64,000 nt of DNA from Ranitomeya imitator (taxonomy: Eukaryota). The stretch is from positions 11,532,001-11,596,000 of the forward strand of contig NC_091286.1 of assembly GCF_032444005.1 (NCBI RefSeq). The letters are read 5' to 3'. This document shows positions 49,306 to 60,470 of the stretch, one piece after another. The translations under genes and the position numbers were made by a program. Below the pieces are notes generated by a model. That model was not told the DNA's origin, did not search any database, and was given only the letters and a program-made list of their open reading frames with translations. How positions within the stretch are numbered: position 1 is the stretch's first letter; every line of letters starts with the position of its first letter.

Positions 49306-49400
49306 GTCCCAGCACACGGACGGAGATCCCAGCACACGGACGGAGATCCCAGCACACGGACGGAGATCCCAGCACACGGACGGAGATCCCAGCACACAGG
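49306..49400. repeat. 20-bp short tandem repeat, ~5 copies
   Basis: ATCCCAGCACACGGACGGAG repeats. Confidence 0.85.
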
Positions 49401-49624
49401 CTCTCACACAGCCGCGACTCAGGGAGCTTACATTTAAAGAGCCACTCCAGCCCTGAAAAGAGAAAAAAAAAAAAAAACACACACACTACAGCACCCCGCT
49501 GTGTGAGCCGCTCTCTCCTGAAGACGCTCGTTGCGGCTGTTCCTGCCATTATTCATCACTTCTTAACATTTGTATGAAATAAAGACTACAACTCCCAGCA
49601 GACACTCTCACCAAGACTGTCCAG

Positions 49625-49630
49625 TTTATT
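49625..49630 (-). terminator. GLO1: Candidate GLO1 polyadenylation signal AATAAA
   Basis: First minus-strand AATAAA found, ~250 nt after the stop codon. Confidence 0.5.
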
Positions 49631-49879
49631 AGCATATTTGAGCGCAGTGGCTGCATTTCACATTGGCGCACTCCGCTTAAGGCACTAAATCTGGGGTAAC
49701 ACTGATGATGGCGGACCTGGGGGGGGGTGTCACATGACTGCGACACTGCAGCGGACGGCGCAGGGATGTGGTGCAACGCTCTGCAGGGTGACCGCCGCCT
49801 GCAACTTCCGCAGCAACAACACAAAGTTCCCACGTGAAACCAAAGCGTCAGGCGGCGTCCAGCGCACGATCCGCGGCAT

Positions 49880-49968
49880 TTACACAATGGACATCATGTT
49901 GTTGGGGCTGAGGATCTCGATCCAGTAACCGTCAGGATCCTGAACAAACGCCAATCCCTTCATCTTAC
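49880..49968 (-). CDS. GLO1: GLO1 exon 6: (G)[28 protein letters not shown]
   Basis: DPDGYWIEI glyoxalase motif; CAG acceptor; TAA stop. Confidence 0.97.
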
Positions 49969-50272
49969 CTGGAAAATAAGTCATAAAGCTCAAAAATCCA
50001 TCTGCTCACAACTCATGCTCCAGTCACAGCCAGAGCTGCAAGAGTCTCCTGCGCTCACATTGAAAGCTCTGCTATGCACCATTATGGGACACACACATCC
50101 TTCAGTCACATCCCAAGCTGCAATCAAGATTCCGCTGCTCTCAGACTCCATCCCCTCATCACGTCAGAGGAGTCTTGTGGCAGCTCCGGGTGCGACTAGA
50201 GCATGGGCAGGTCACAGCTGAGCTTTCCTACTTCACGCAGCTTTCAGTCGAGCAGTCCTGAGTTTTATTTAC

Positions 50273-50362
50273 CATCGTCTGGTTTCTTCACGAAGGTGAC
50301 GCCGAGCTTCTCAAACCTTTTACAAGCCGCATAAACGTCTGGTACCGCGATGCCGATGTGAC
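50273..50362 (-). CDS. GLO1: GLO1 exon 5: (G)[29 protein letters not shown]
   Basis: [10 protein letters not shown] motif; AG/GT boundaries. Confidence 0.97.
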
Positions 50363-50508
50363 CTGGAGAAAAAGAAGCAGAGTGGACGGATCAGCTCGGC
50401 GAAAGAAAGGGCCAGCCACCAGCAGCAGTGTGCCGGGACGGCTGACAACAGGGGACAATAGCCTGCTGTCTGTCCATGCTCATTTCTGCGGTTCTGGTGA
50501 TGACTTAC

Positions 50509-50573
50509 CAAAACCTCGGGGGTCGGAGTTCCCATTGTGATACGGCTTCTCGTCGTTCTCGGTTCCCCAGTTA
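50509..50573 (-). CDS. GLO1: GLO1 exon 4: (H)NWGTENDEKPYHNGNSDPRGF
   Basis: HNWGTE...YHNGNSDPRGF motif; AG/GTAAGT boundaries. Confidence 0.97.
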
Positions 50574-50767
50574 CTGCAGGAAATAAACTGAGGTCAGAGG
50601 AGGTGGGGGAAGACCCCTCATCACTGAGCAGACCCCTGTACCCCACTGCTGGAGCCAAGCTGCAGTGTAAAGCATGGGGAGTGGCAGCACAGCTGTCTGG
50701 GCTGTTCATATTATATTCCAGAGGATGCAGCCGAGTCACTGATCACAGCTGCAGGGTAAAGTATGGG

Positions 50768-51653
50768 TGTAGCGAAATATGTATAAAAATATGTGTGCAG
50801 TGAACTATGTAGGTTTATTGTGTGACATCTGTCCTGAAGGCTGCAGGTCTCACCCAGGTGTCAATACGTATTTTCCTGAGACAGCAGACTTCTGTCTCCA
50901 ATCTCACCAGGGGGTCGTGCTGGGAACCAAGAAGAAAGGGAACATTTGACACCTCCTAGCTCTTTGAAGAGAAATTACAGCCCAACACTATCTATCTGTG
51001 GGAAGCTTTACACAAAGAATCTCAGAGACAATATATAATGATAATATATTCATTGGGGGCACAGCCGTGGTCCCAGCAAAAACAAGCAATTAGAATATCA
51101 ACGTGAGGGGCTGGTCTAAAAATCTGACCTTCAGGGTGATTCTATAAATTTGGCATGTATACATTCAAAATTGTTCACATGTGAGGGCAGCCTGAGACAC
51201 TGATGTGTTCCAGTCCATTCCCCCCCTCAGGGAGCAGAAGCAGATTACAAGTTAGCTATTTCTGTAAGTTTTCTCCTGTTTATTTTATGCTGTTTTGCAT
51301 ACCTGTATGTCTTTATTACCATATTTTTATACTTTTTCTTTACTGTAAGCACTGTACTTTTTGTATTAAAGCATAAAACTTTAACAGTTGAACCTTGTAT
51401 GTTCTAAAGAATCCATAGCCTAAGGTGTGTGAGCCTTATGAATGGTTGACAGTATTAGTAATATTTCCGGGACTCATCGCCCGTGTGTTCGGTGAGTGGT
51501 GGCAGCGCATATGAGCAGGTGTGTGGCCTGGGTCGGTGTGTGATTTATGTTCCCATTACAGCATAGGACAGAGGTTGAATGCTGGACAGAGTGGTGAGAG
51601 ATTAACCCTTGCAGGCACAGCCCCAAGTCACGTGCTGAGAGCGGATACGTGAC
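50768..51653 (+). mobile_element. Possible degenerate solo LTR in GLO1 intron 3
   Basis: Starts TGTAGCG, has TATAAA and ATTAAA-like signals, ends CGTGACG (non-canonical); no TSD seen. Confidence 0.25.
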
Positions 51654-51724
51654 GAATTAGCGGCAGCACGGAGAGGGATCCGTGGCAATGGGGAACAGCA
51701 GATCTGGAGGAGAATGGACCTTAC

Positions 51725-51865
51725 TGTGTGAGCTCCAGGGTGGCCTTGCGGGAGAAGGTCCAGGCCGTTCGCTCCTTGAGGTCCTCGGGGATGTCCTTCT
51801 TGTCCTCGTAGCCCACGAAATACAAGGAGAATTTCATCGAGGGGAAGTCGAGCTTCTGGAGGAGC
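51725..51865 (-). CDS. GLO1: GLO1 exon 3: [46 protein letters not shown]
   Basis: KFSLYF...ATLELTH motif; AG/GTAAG boundaries. Confidence 0.97.
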
Positions 51866-52134
51866 CTGAGGTAGAAAACAGCCGTGATCCCGACCGCACC
51901 CGTAATAACCCAAGGACGCGGCCTAATGACCCATGATCACCCCATGAAGACGCTGCGCACGTGACTAGACGCTCCATAATATCCCCCCTGACAGCCCCCA
52001 TAGTCACCCCGGGAGGACACGGCCGGGAGCATTTACAATATGGGATGCACAGAGGCATTTAATAGTCAATCAGCTGAAAGCAGAAGCTACAGGGGGAGCG
52101 GACGTGGTTATAATAGGGGGGTCTCTAAACTCAC

Positions 52135-52217
52135 GTCATGCCGAGGCATTGGGTGTAGAACGGCAGCGATTTCTGGGGGTCTTTGATCCGGAGCATCGTC
52201 TGCTGCATCATGAAATC
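52135..52217 (-). CDS. GLO1: GLO1 exon 2: [28 protein letters not shown]
   Basis: [10 protein letters not shown] motif; AG/GTGAG boundaries. Confidence 0.97.
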
Positions 52218-52269
52218 CTGAAAGGAGAAAAAAAAGAAACATGAGCAAAAATCTGAACAATTACCCCCC

Positions 52270-53285
52270 AGCCACGAGACGGCGCGACCCGCAACGTCCC
52301 CCAGCCACGAGACGGCGCAGCCCACAACAACTTCCTCCAGCCACGAGACGGCGCAGCCCACAACAACTTCCCCCAGCCGCGAGACGGCGCAGCCCGCAAC
52401 TTCCCCCAGCCGCGAGACGGCGCAGCCCGCAACTTCCCCCAGCCGCGAGACGGCGCGACCCGCAACTTCCCCCAGCCGCGAGACGGCGCGACCCGCAACT
52501 TCCCCCAGCCGCGAGACGGGGCGACCCGCAACTTCCCCCAGCCACGAGACGGGGCGACCCGCAACTTCCCCCAGCCACGAGACGGCGCGACCCGCAACTT
52601 CCCCCAGCCACGAGACGGCGCGACCCGCAACTTCCCCCAGCCACGAGACGGCGCGACCCGCAACTTCCCCCAGCCACGAGACGGCGCGACCCGCAACTTC
52701 CCCCAGCCACTAGACGGCGCGACCCGCAACTTCCCCCAGCCACGAGACGGCGCGACCCGCAACTTCCCCCAGCCACGAGACGGCGCGACCCGCAACTTCC
52801 CCCAGCCACGAGACGGCGCGACCCGCAACTTCCCCCAGCCACGAGACGGCGCGACCCGCAACTTCCCCCAGCCACGAGACGGGGCGACCCGCAACTTCCC
52901 CCAGCCACGAGACGGCGCGACCCGCAACTTCCCCCAGCCACGAGACGGCGCGACCCGCAACTTCCCCCAGCCACGAGACGGCGCGACCCGCAACTTCCCC
53001 CAGCCACGAGACGGCGCGACCCGCAACTTCCCCCAGCCACGAGACGGCGCGACCCGCAACTTCCCCCAGCCACGAGACGGCGCGACCCGCAACTTCCCCC
53101 AGCCACGAGACGGCGCGACCCGCAACTTCCCCCAGCCACGAGACGGCGCGACCCGCAACTTCCCCCAGCCACGAGACGGCGCGACCCGCAACTTCCCCCA
53201 GCCACGAGACGGCGCGACCCGCAACTTCCCCCAGCCACGAGATGGCGCGACCCGCAACAACTTCCCCAGCCACGAGACGGCGCGG
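52270..53285. repeat. 33-bp CpG-rich minisatellite, ~30 copies
   Basis: Unit CGCAACTTCCCCCAGCCACGAGACGGCGCGACC. Confidence 0.96.
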
Positions 53286-53569
53286 CCCTGATGCCCAGTA
53301 CAGGGCAGACACTGAACCAGCAGTAACACGAGGAGCACAGGCCAACTGGGCTCAGGATTCGTCACAATATCAGAGTGCGGGAACAGTGATGACGTGCGAG
53401 TGCAGCCGCACAGCGAGGGCCTTTGGGAATGGAGGTGGAATGTTGTGAGGAGACGATGACGGAGCCCGAAACTCCATGAAATCTTTACAAGACTCATAAA
53501 CCAGAGGCCGAGAGAGATTCAGGATCACCCAGTGCAGGGGCACAGTCACCCCCTATCCGTGCAGGAGGG

Positions 53570-56310
53570 GGGGGGGGGCCCCCCCCAACACCTCCTATCG
53601 GTGCAGGGGGGGGCCCGTCGCCTCCTATCGGTGCACGGGGGGGGGGGGGGGGGGGGGGCCCGTCGCCTCCTATCGGTGCAGGGGGGGGGGGGGGACCGTC
53701 GCCTCCTATCGGTGCAGGGGGGGGGGGGACCGTCGCCTCCTATCGGTGCAGGGGGGGGGGGGGGGGCCCGTCGCCTCCTTTCGGTGCAGGAGGGGGGCCG
53801 TCGCCTCCTATCGGTGCAGGAGGGGGGCCGTCGCCTCCTATCGGTGCAGGAGGGGGGCCGTCGCCTCCTATCGGTGCAGGAGGGGGGCCGTCGCCTCCTA
53901 TCGGTGCAGGAGGGGGGCCGTCGCCTCCTATCGGTGCAGGAGGGGGGCCGTCGCCTCCTATCGGTGCAGGAGGGGGGCCGTCGCCTCCTATCGGTGCAGG
54001 AGGGGGGCCGTCGCCTCCTATCGGTGCAGGAGGGGGGCCGTCGCCTCCTATCGGTGCAGGAGGGGGGCCGTCGCCTCCTATCGGTGCAGGAGGGGGGCCG
54101 TCGCCTCCTATCGGTGCAGGAGGGGGGCCGTCGCCTCCTATCGGTGCAGGAGGGGGGCCGTCGCCTCCTATCGGTGCAGGAGGGGGGCCGTCGCCTCCTA
54201 TCGGTGCAGGAGGGGGGCCGTCGCCTCCTATCGGTGCAGGAGGGGGGCCGTCGCCTCCTATCGGTGCAGGAGGGGGGCCGTCGCCTCCTATCGGTGCAGG
54301 AGGGGGGCCGTCCCCTCCTATCGGTGCAGGAGGGGGGCCGTCCCCTCCTATCGGTGCAGGAGGGGGGCCGTCCCCTCCTATCGGTGCAGGAGGGGGGCCG
54401 TCGCCTCCTATCGGTGCAGGAGGGGGGCCGTCGCCTCCTATCGGTGCAGGAGGGGGGCCGTCGCCTCCTATCGGTGCAGGAGGGGGGCCGTCGCCTCCTA
54501 TCGGTGCAGGAGGGGGGCCGTCGCCTCCTATCGGTGCAGGAGGGGGGCCGTCGCCTCCTATCGGTGCAGGAGGGGGGGCCGTCGCCTCCTATCGGTGCAG
54601 GAGGGGGGCCGTCGCCTCCTATCGGTGCAGGAGGGGGGCCGTCGCCTCCTATCGGTGCAGGAGGGGGGCCGTCGCCTCCTATCGGTGCAGGAGGGGGGCC
54701 GTCGCCTCCTATCGGTGCAGGAGGGGGGCCGTCGCCTCCTATCGGTGCAGGAGGGGGGCCGTCGCCTCCTATCGGTGCAGGAGGGGGGCCGTCGCCTCCT
54801 ATCGGTGCAGGAGGGGGGGCCGTCGCCTCCTATCGGTGCAGGAGGGGGGGCCGTCGCCTCCTATCGGTGCAGGAGGGGGGCCGTCGCCTCCTATCGGTGC
54901 AGGAGGGGGGCCGTCGCCTCCTATCGGTGCAGGAGGGGGGCCGTCGCCTCCTATCGGTGCAGGAGGGGGGCCGTCGCCTCCTATCGGTGCAGGAGGGGGG
55001 CCGTCGCCTCCTATCGGTGCAGGAGGGGGGGCCGTCGCCTCCTATCGGTGCAGGAGGGGGGCCGTCGCCTCCTATCGGTGCAGGAGGGGGGCCGTCGCCT
55101 CCTATCGGTGCAGGAGGGGGGCCGTCGCCTCCTATCGGTGCAGGAGGGGGGGCCGTCGCCTCCTATCGGTGCGGGAGGGGGGCCGTCGCCTCCTATCGGT
55201 GCAGGAGGGGGGGGGCCGTCACCTCCTATCGGTGCGGGGGGGGGGGCCGTCACCTCTTATCGGTGCAGGGGGGGGGGCCGTCACCTCCTATCGGTGCGGG
55301 GGGGGGGGCCGTCACCTCCTATCGGTGCAGGAGGGGGGCCGTCGCCTCCTATCGGTGCAGGAGGGGGGCCGTCGCCTCCTATCGGTGCAGGAGGGGGGCC
55401 GTCGCCTCCTATCGGTGCAGGAGGGGGGCCGTCGCCTCCTATCGGTGCAGGAGGGGGGCCGTCGCCTCCTATCGGTGCAGGAGGGGGGCCGTCGCCTCCT
55501 ATCGGTGCAGGAGGGGGGCCGTCGCCTCCTATCGGTGCAGGAGGGGGGGCCGTCGCCTCCTATCGGTGCAGGGGGGGGGGGGCCGTCACCTCCTATCGGT
55601 GCGGGGGGGGGGGCCGTCACCTCTTATCGGTGCGGGGGGGGGGCCGTCACCTCCTATCGGTGCGGGGGGGGCCGTCACCTCCTATCGGTGCAGGGGGGGG
55701 GGCCGTCACCTCCTATCGGTGCAGGGGGGGGGCCGTCACCTCCTATCGGTGCAGGGGGGGGGGCCGTCACCTCCTATCGGTGCAGGGGGGGGGGCCGTCA
55801 CCTCCTATCGGTGCAGGGGGGGGCCGTCACCTCCTATCGGTGCAGGGGGGGGGGGCCGTCACCTCCTATCGGTGCAGGGGGGGGGGGCCGTCACCTCCTA
55901 TCGGTGCAGGGGGGGGGGCCGTCACCTCCTATCGGTGCAGGGGGGGGGCCGTCACCTCCTATCGGTGCAGGGGGGGGGGCCGTCACCTCCTATCGGTGCA
56001 GGGGGGGGGGCCGTCACCTCCTATCGGTGCAGGGAGGGGGGCCGTCACCTCCTATCGGTGCAGGGGGGGGGGCGTCACCTCCTATCGGTGCAGGGGGGGG
56101 GGCCGTCACCTCCTATCGGTGCAGGGGGGGGGCCGTCACCTCCTATCGGTGCAGGGGGGGGGGCCGTCACCTCTTATCGGTGCAGGGGGGGGCGTCACCT
56201 CTTATCGGTGCAGGGGGGGGGGCCGTCACCTCTTATCGGTGCAGGGGGGGGGCCGTCACCTCCTATCGGTGCAGGGGGGGGGGGCCGTCACCTCCTATCG
56301 GTGCAGGGAC
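53570..56310. repeat. 30-bp G-rich minisatellite, ~90 copies
   Basis: Unit AGGGGGGCCGTCGCCTCCTATCGGTGCAGG; homogeneous core, flanks with variable G-runs. Confidence 0.96.
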
Positions 56311-56365
56311 AGTAGGACTCCCCGTACCGGGACTGTCAGCGCAGCGCGGCGCGGCCTCTCGGTAC

Positions 56366-56449
56366 CTTGGTTTCAGGCTCCGGGTCCCTGCAGGCCGCGG
56401 CGGCCGCCTCATCGCTCAGACCGCGCAGCTCCTGCACCTCCGCCGTCAT
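56366..56449 (-). CDS. GLO1: GLO1 exon 1: MTAEVQELRGLSDEAAAAACRDPEPETK (lactoylglutathione lyase; total CDS 552 nt, 183 aa)
   Basis: Resembles the vertebrate GLO1 N-terminus (GL.DEAA..C.D.DP.TK); AAG|GTACCG donor; the six exons join into one frame. Confidence 0.92.
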
Positions 56450-56480
56450 GTCAGCGACAAACCTCCTCGACCACAGCCCG

Positions 56481-56607
56481 GTGACGTCACAAGGTTAGTT
56501 CCCACCCATAAAGACCACCTGTAACCAATCAACGAAAAGTGGGTGGGGCTACCGGCACCTGGCTCCTAGACATCTCCTAATTGGAAAAGAGCTCCGCCTC
56601 TGATTGG
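56481..56607 (-). promoter_or_regulatory. GLO1: GLO1 proximal promoter
   Basis: Palindromic CRE GTGACGTCAC 56481-56490; CCAAT boxes at 56525-56529, 56580-56584, 56603-56607; CpG-rich. Confidence 0.7.
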
Positions 56608-56969
56608 TTGATAAGCTGTCAAACGTCCCATACGTCATGACAGGGCGGAGCAACAAGTAGTTGGATTCTAGGTCACTGAGAATGAAGCGCAGAAATCAGC
56701 GGAGGCCGCGGGGAGAGCGGAGGTGACAGCGGAGGTCATCGCGTGAGGCCGGACAGAGACTTTCCTGATATTATTGTGGGACACTTGATGATTCTGCAGC
56801 CTCTGAAAATCAACTTTGGGATTTTATTTATTTTATTACAGTTTCATAGATGAAACAATTTCATATTTTGATTGGCCTTTTTTCGTTTATAACCATAGAA
56901 CAGGCGGCAGCGTTTTCTATGTAATTTATTTATTAGCTCCCTGTCCATACATTGTGCGGTGTTAGCAGC

Positions 56970-57540
56970 CCGACTCCTGCGCTCCTGCTGACGGCTCCTG
57001 GGCTCCTGCTGACGGCTCCTGCTGACGGCTCCTGCTGACGGCTCCTGCGCTCCGCTGACGGCTCCTGCGCTCCGCTGACGGCTCCTGCGCTCCTGCTGAC
57101 GGCTCCTGCGCTCCGCTGACGGCTCCTGCGCTCCGCTGACGGCTCCTGCGCTCCGCTGACGGCTCCTGCTGACGGCTCCTGCGCTCCGCTGACGGCTCCT
57201 GCGCTCCTGCTGACGGCTCCTGCTGACGGCTCCTGCGCTCCGCTGACGGCTCCTGCGCTCCTGCTGACGGCTCCTGGGCTCCGCTGACGGCTCCTGGGCT
57301 CCGCTGACGGCTCCTGGGCTCCGCTGACGGCTCCTGCGCTCCGCTGACGGCTCCTGCGCTCCGCTGACGGCTCCTGCGCTCCTGCTGACGGCTCCTGCGC
57401 TCCTGCTGACGGCTCCTGCGCTCCGCTGACGGCTCCTGCGCTCCTGCTGACGGCTCCTGCGCTCCGCTGACGGCTCCTGCGCTCCGCTGACGGCTCCTGC
57501 GCCCTGCTGACGGCTCCTGCGCTCCGCTGACTGCTCCGCT
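56970..57540. repeat. Complex 12-21-bp minisatellite (CTGACGGCTCCTG/CGCTCCG modules)
   Basis: Read directly from the sequence. Confidence 0.92.
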
Positions 57541-58105
57541 TCTTCCATCTATTGCAGTATATGGCGGACGCTGACCCCGGCCGGAGGCTGTGGGGCACGA
57601 TGGCGACACAGGGGTCTTCCCGGGGGCCCGTGGTCACATTGCTGGAGGGCCGGTGGGCACCTGAGCAGATGAACGCTGCGGTATTTACGGGGCTGGCTCC
57701 GGTCACTGCTGTATAGCGGTAATGCAGAAAATAATCTTTTAATAATTTCTAAAATTCTGTAAAAGTTTTTGACAATTTAAAAAAATATATACATTTAGGC
57801 TGAGTACAATAAATAATATAAATATCACCTGGCGCGCCTGACATCTAATAATAGGAGCCATCACTGGACCTGTGTGTGAAGCGCCACATTTATTGGTGAG
57901 GCACAGCTCTTACAGCAGTGGCTAAAAGCTGCAACAATCTATGGTTTGGCGCCATCATTAACTCATTTGTGCTTATTTCAATGTTCAGAAGTGAAAAGAA
58001 AGATAAAGTGAGAGATATTTAAAATTTTGGCATGGAATTCCACCACAGGTGGTGGCAAAAAACCCAAAGAAGAGCTTGTTTATAGGGTACAGTATCCACA
58101 AGTCC

Positions 58106-58194
58106 TGCATTCTGTTATTGTGCCACTAGATGGCAGCAGTCACTGCAGATAACAGACTTCCCTGCAGTTGGCCTGTGCCTCCAGCAGGGGGCAC
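58106..58194 (+). promoter_or_regulatory. Two tandem CTCF-like sites, each with an upstream TGCA module
   Basis: CCACTAGATGGCAG at 58123 and CCAGCAGGGGGCAC at 58181; TGCA lies 17 and 18 nt upstream of the cores. Confidence 0.65.
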
Positions 58195-59007
58195 AGTCTC
58201 CACATTGCAGAAGCTGTGTCTTCAGGTTGTGGAGTTGATACAAGTTTGCAGCTTTAAAAACAGGTTCCACTGATGCATATCAATCAAGAAGTCACAAGGA
58301 TACACCCATAGATTGGACAACCACTGAATATCAGGGAAAACTCCTCTACCAAATATATCCTACAACAGAACTCGGAGCATATAATCCCAAAACCATTACT
58401 TAAAAAAATGTAACAAATTTATTAATGTAAACACAATATATACAGACTTCATAGACAAGGTACAGACAGAGCTCGTATACGGGGGACAAAGAACACTGAA
58501 ATCGCACCATGGGTTCAGTTCAACAAAGCACGAAGAACATGCCATGCTATATATATATATATATTAAGCTATTACAAAAGAGTGCATAGTGCCTAATACA
58601 GTGCAGCAGTGCATGATCCTAGTTGGGCCATATCAATAGCTTGTTGTATAACCTTAAATAGGAAAAGATAGTAAGGCCATGGTTAATCTCACCCATAAAG
58701 TCTGTGCCAGGGTCAGCCAAGCAGTTTGCAGCTTTGTCCGATTATTGCACTTTATGCTTATTTATTTCTGATACAGGAAAGATATATATCTTTGTACTAT
58801 GCTCCCCAGTGGATAGAAAAATATTTAGAATTGAGAGTCCTCGGTGGTAGAGGAAATAGGTGCAGGATAGAAGCTGTGCTGATACATGAGAGCTAGGGAA
58901 GCCTGCAGTGCCCTGGATACAAAGATATAACATGCAGTCTGTATTAGGCTGGTTTCACATTTGCGTTTTAGCGCAAAAAAAGCATGCGTTTTTTTCCCTA
59001 TACTTAA

Positions 59008-59889
59008 AGGGAACCTGTCACCCCGTTTTTTGAGATTGAGATATAAATACTGTTAAATAGGGCCTGTGCTGTGCGTTACTATGGTGTATGTAGTGTACCC
59101 TGATTCCCCATGTATGCCGAGAAATACATTACCAAAGTCGGCGTTTTCGCCTGTCAATCAGGCTGGTCTGGTCAGGTGGGCGTGTTCACAGCGTTCTTTT
59201 CTTCCCCAGGTTTCCGTTGGTGGCGTAGTGGTGTGCGCATGTCCAAGGTCCGGATTCCCTGTGCCCACGTGAAGACACAGCGCGCGATCTGCGCTGTCAT
59301 TCCTTTCATCGGTGCGGGCGGCCATCTTCCTGGGGCCGCGCGTGCGCAGATGTAGTGCTCTGCTGCACGGGGCTTCAGGAAAATGGCCGCGGGATGCCGC
59401 GCGTGCGCAGAAGAGATCGCGGCGGCCATTTTCCCAAAGCCGAGATGCAAACTCGGCTTTGGGAAAATGGCCGCCGCGATCTCTTCTGCGCACGCGCGGC
59501 ATCCCGCGGCCATTTTCCTGAAGCCCCGTGCAGCAGAGCACTACATCTGCGCACGCGCGGCCCCAGGAAGATGGCCGCCCGCACCGATGAAAGGAATGAC
59601 AGCGCAGATCGCGCGCTGTGTCTTCACGTGGGCACAGGGAATCCGGACCTTGGACATGCGCTCACCACTACGCCACCAACGGAAACCTGGGGAAGAAAAG
59701 AACGCTGTGAACACGCCCACCTGACCAGACCAGCCTGATTGACAGGCGAAAACGCCGACTTTGGTAATGTATTTCTCGGCATACATGGGGAATCAGGGTA
59801 CACTACATACACTATAGTAACGCACAGCGCAGGCCCTATTTAACAGTATTTATATCTCAATCTCAAAAAACGGGGGTGACAGGTTCCCT
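59008..59889. mobile_element. T2-family (Kolobok-type) MITE, near-perfect 882-bp palindrome
   Basis: AGGGAACCTGTCA termini, TTAA TSD (59004-59007, 59890-59893), ~437-bp arms, 7-nt loop at 59445-59451. Confidence 0.93.
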
Positions 59890-60119
59890 TTAACATTAAA
59901 AACGCATGTGTTTTTTTTGCGTGCGTTTTGCCGCGTTTTGACGACGCATGCGTCGTTTCTATGCATGCGTTTTGCAGAAATGCAACATGTAGTAATTTCT
60001 AGCGGCGTTTTTTTGCCGCAAAAAAAACTTATTGATGTCTATGTAAACACATGCGTTTTTAAGCACATGCGTTTGCATGCGTTTTAATAGAAAAACACAA
60101 GAATACACACTGATAAGCT

Positions 60120-60470
60120 ACCCCCCAACCCTAAGGGATCCTAACCCTAAGAGTTAGGGTCAGGATCCCTAGGGTTAAGATCCCTAGGGTTAGGATCCCT
60201 AGGGTTAGGTTTGGGGTTAGGATGGTTAGGGTTAGGATCGTTAGGGTTAGGATCCCTAGGGTTAGGTTTGGGGTTAGGGTTAGGATACCTAGGGTTAGGA
60301 TCGTTAGGGTTAGGATCCCTAGGGTTAGGTTTGGGGTTAGGATCCCTCGGGTTAGGTTTGGGGTTAGGGTTAGGATTCCTAGGGTTAGGTTTGGGGTTAG
60401 GGTTAGGATCCCTAGGGTTAGGATCGTTAGGGTTAGGATCCCTAGGGTTGCTAGGGATCCTAACCCTAGC
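60120..60470. repeat. Degenerate telomere-like (TTAGGG)-derived repeat
   Basis: GGGTTA/TTAGGG hexamers interspersed with GGATCCCTAGG modules; short CCCTAA-oriented copies at both edges. Confidence 0.85.

Noticed and set aside
52208-56524. ORFs of 325-927 aa in GLO1 intron 1
   Set aside because: In-frame 33- and 30-bp repeat translations on both strands
57559-57714. Short plus-strand ORF MADADPGRRLWG... as a first exon of a divergent gene (such as DNAH8)
   Set aside because: No recognisable homology, ends in a stop, no supporting downstream exons in the window
60120-60470. True telomere or chromosome-fusion site
   Set aside because: Short, degenerate and enclosed within MITE TIRs with intact TSDs
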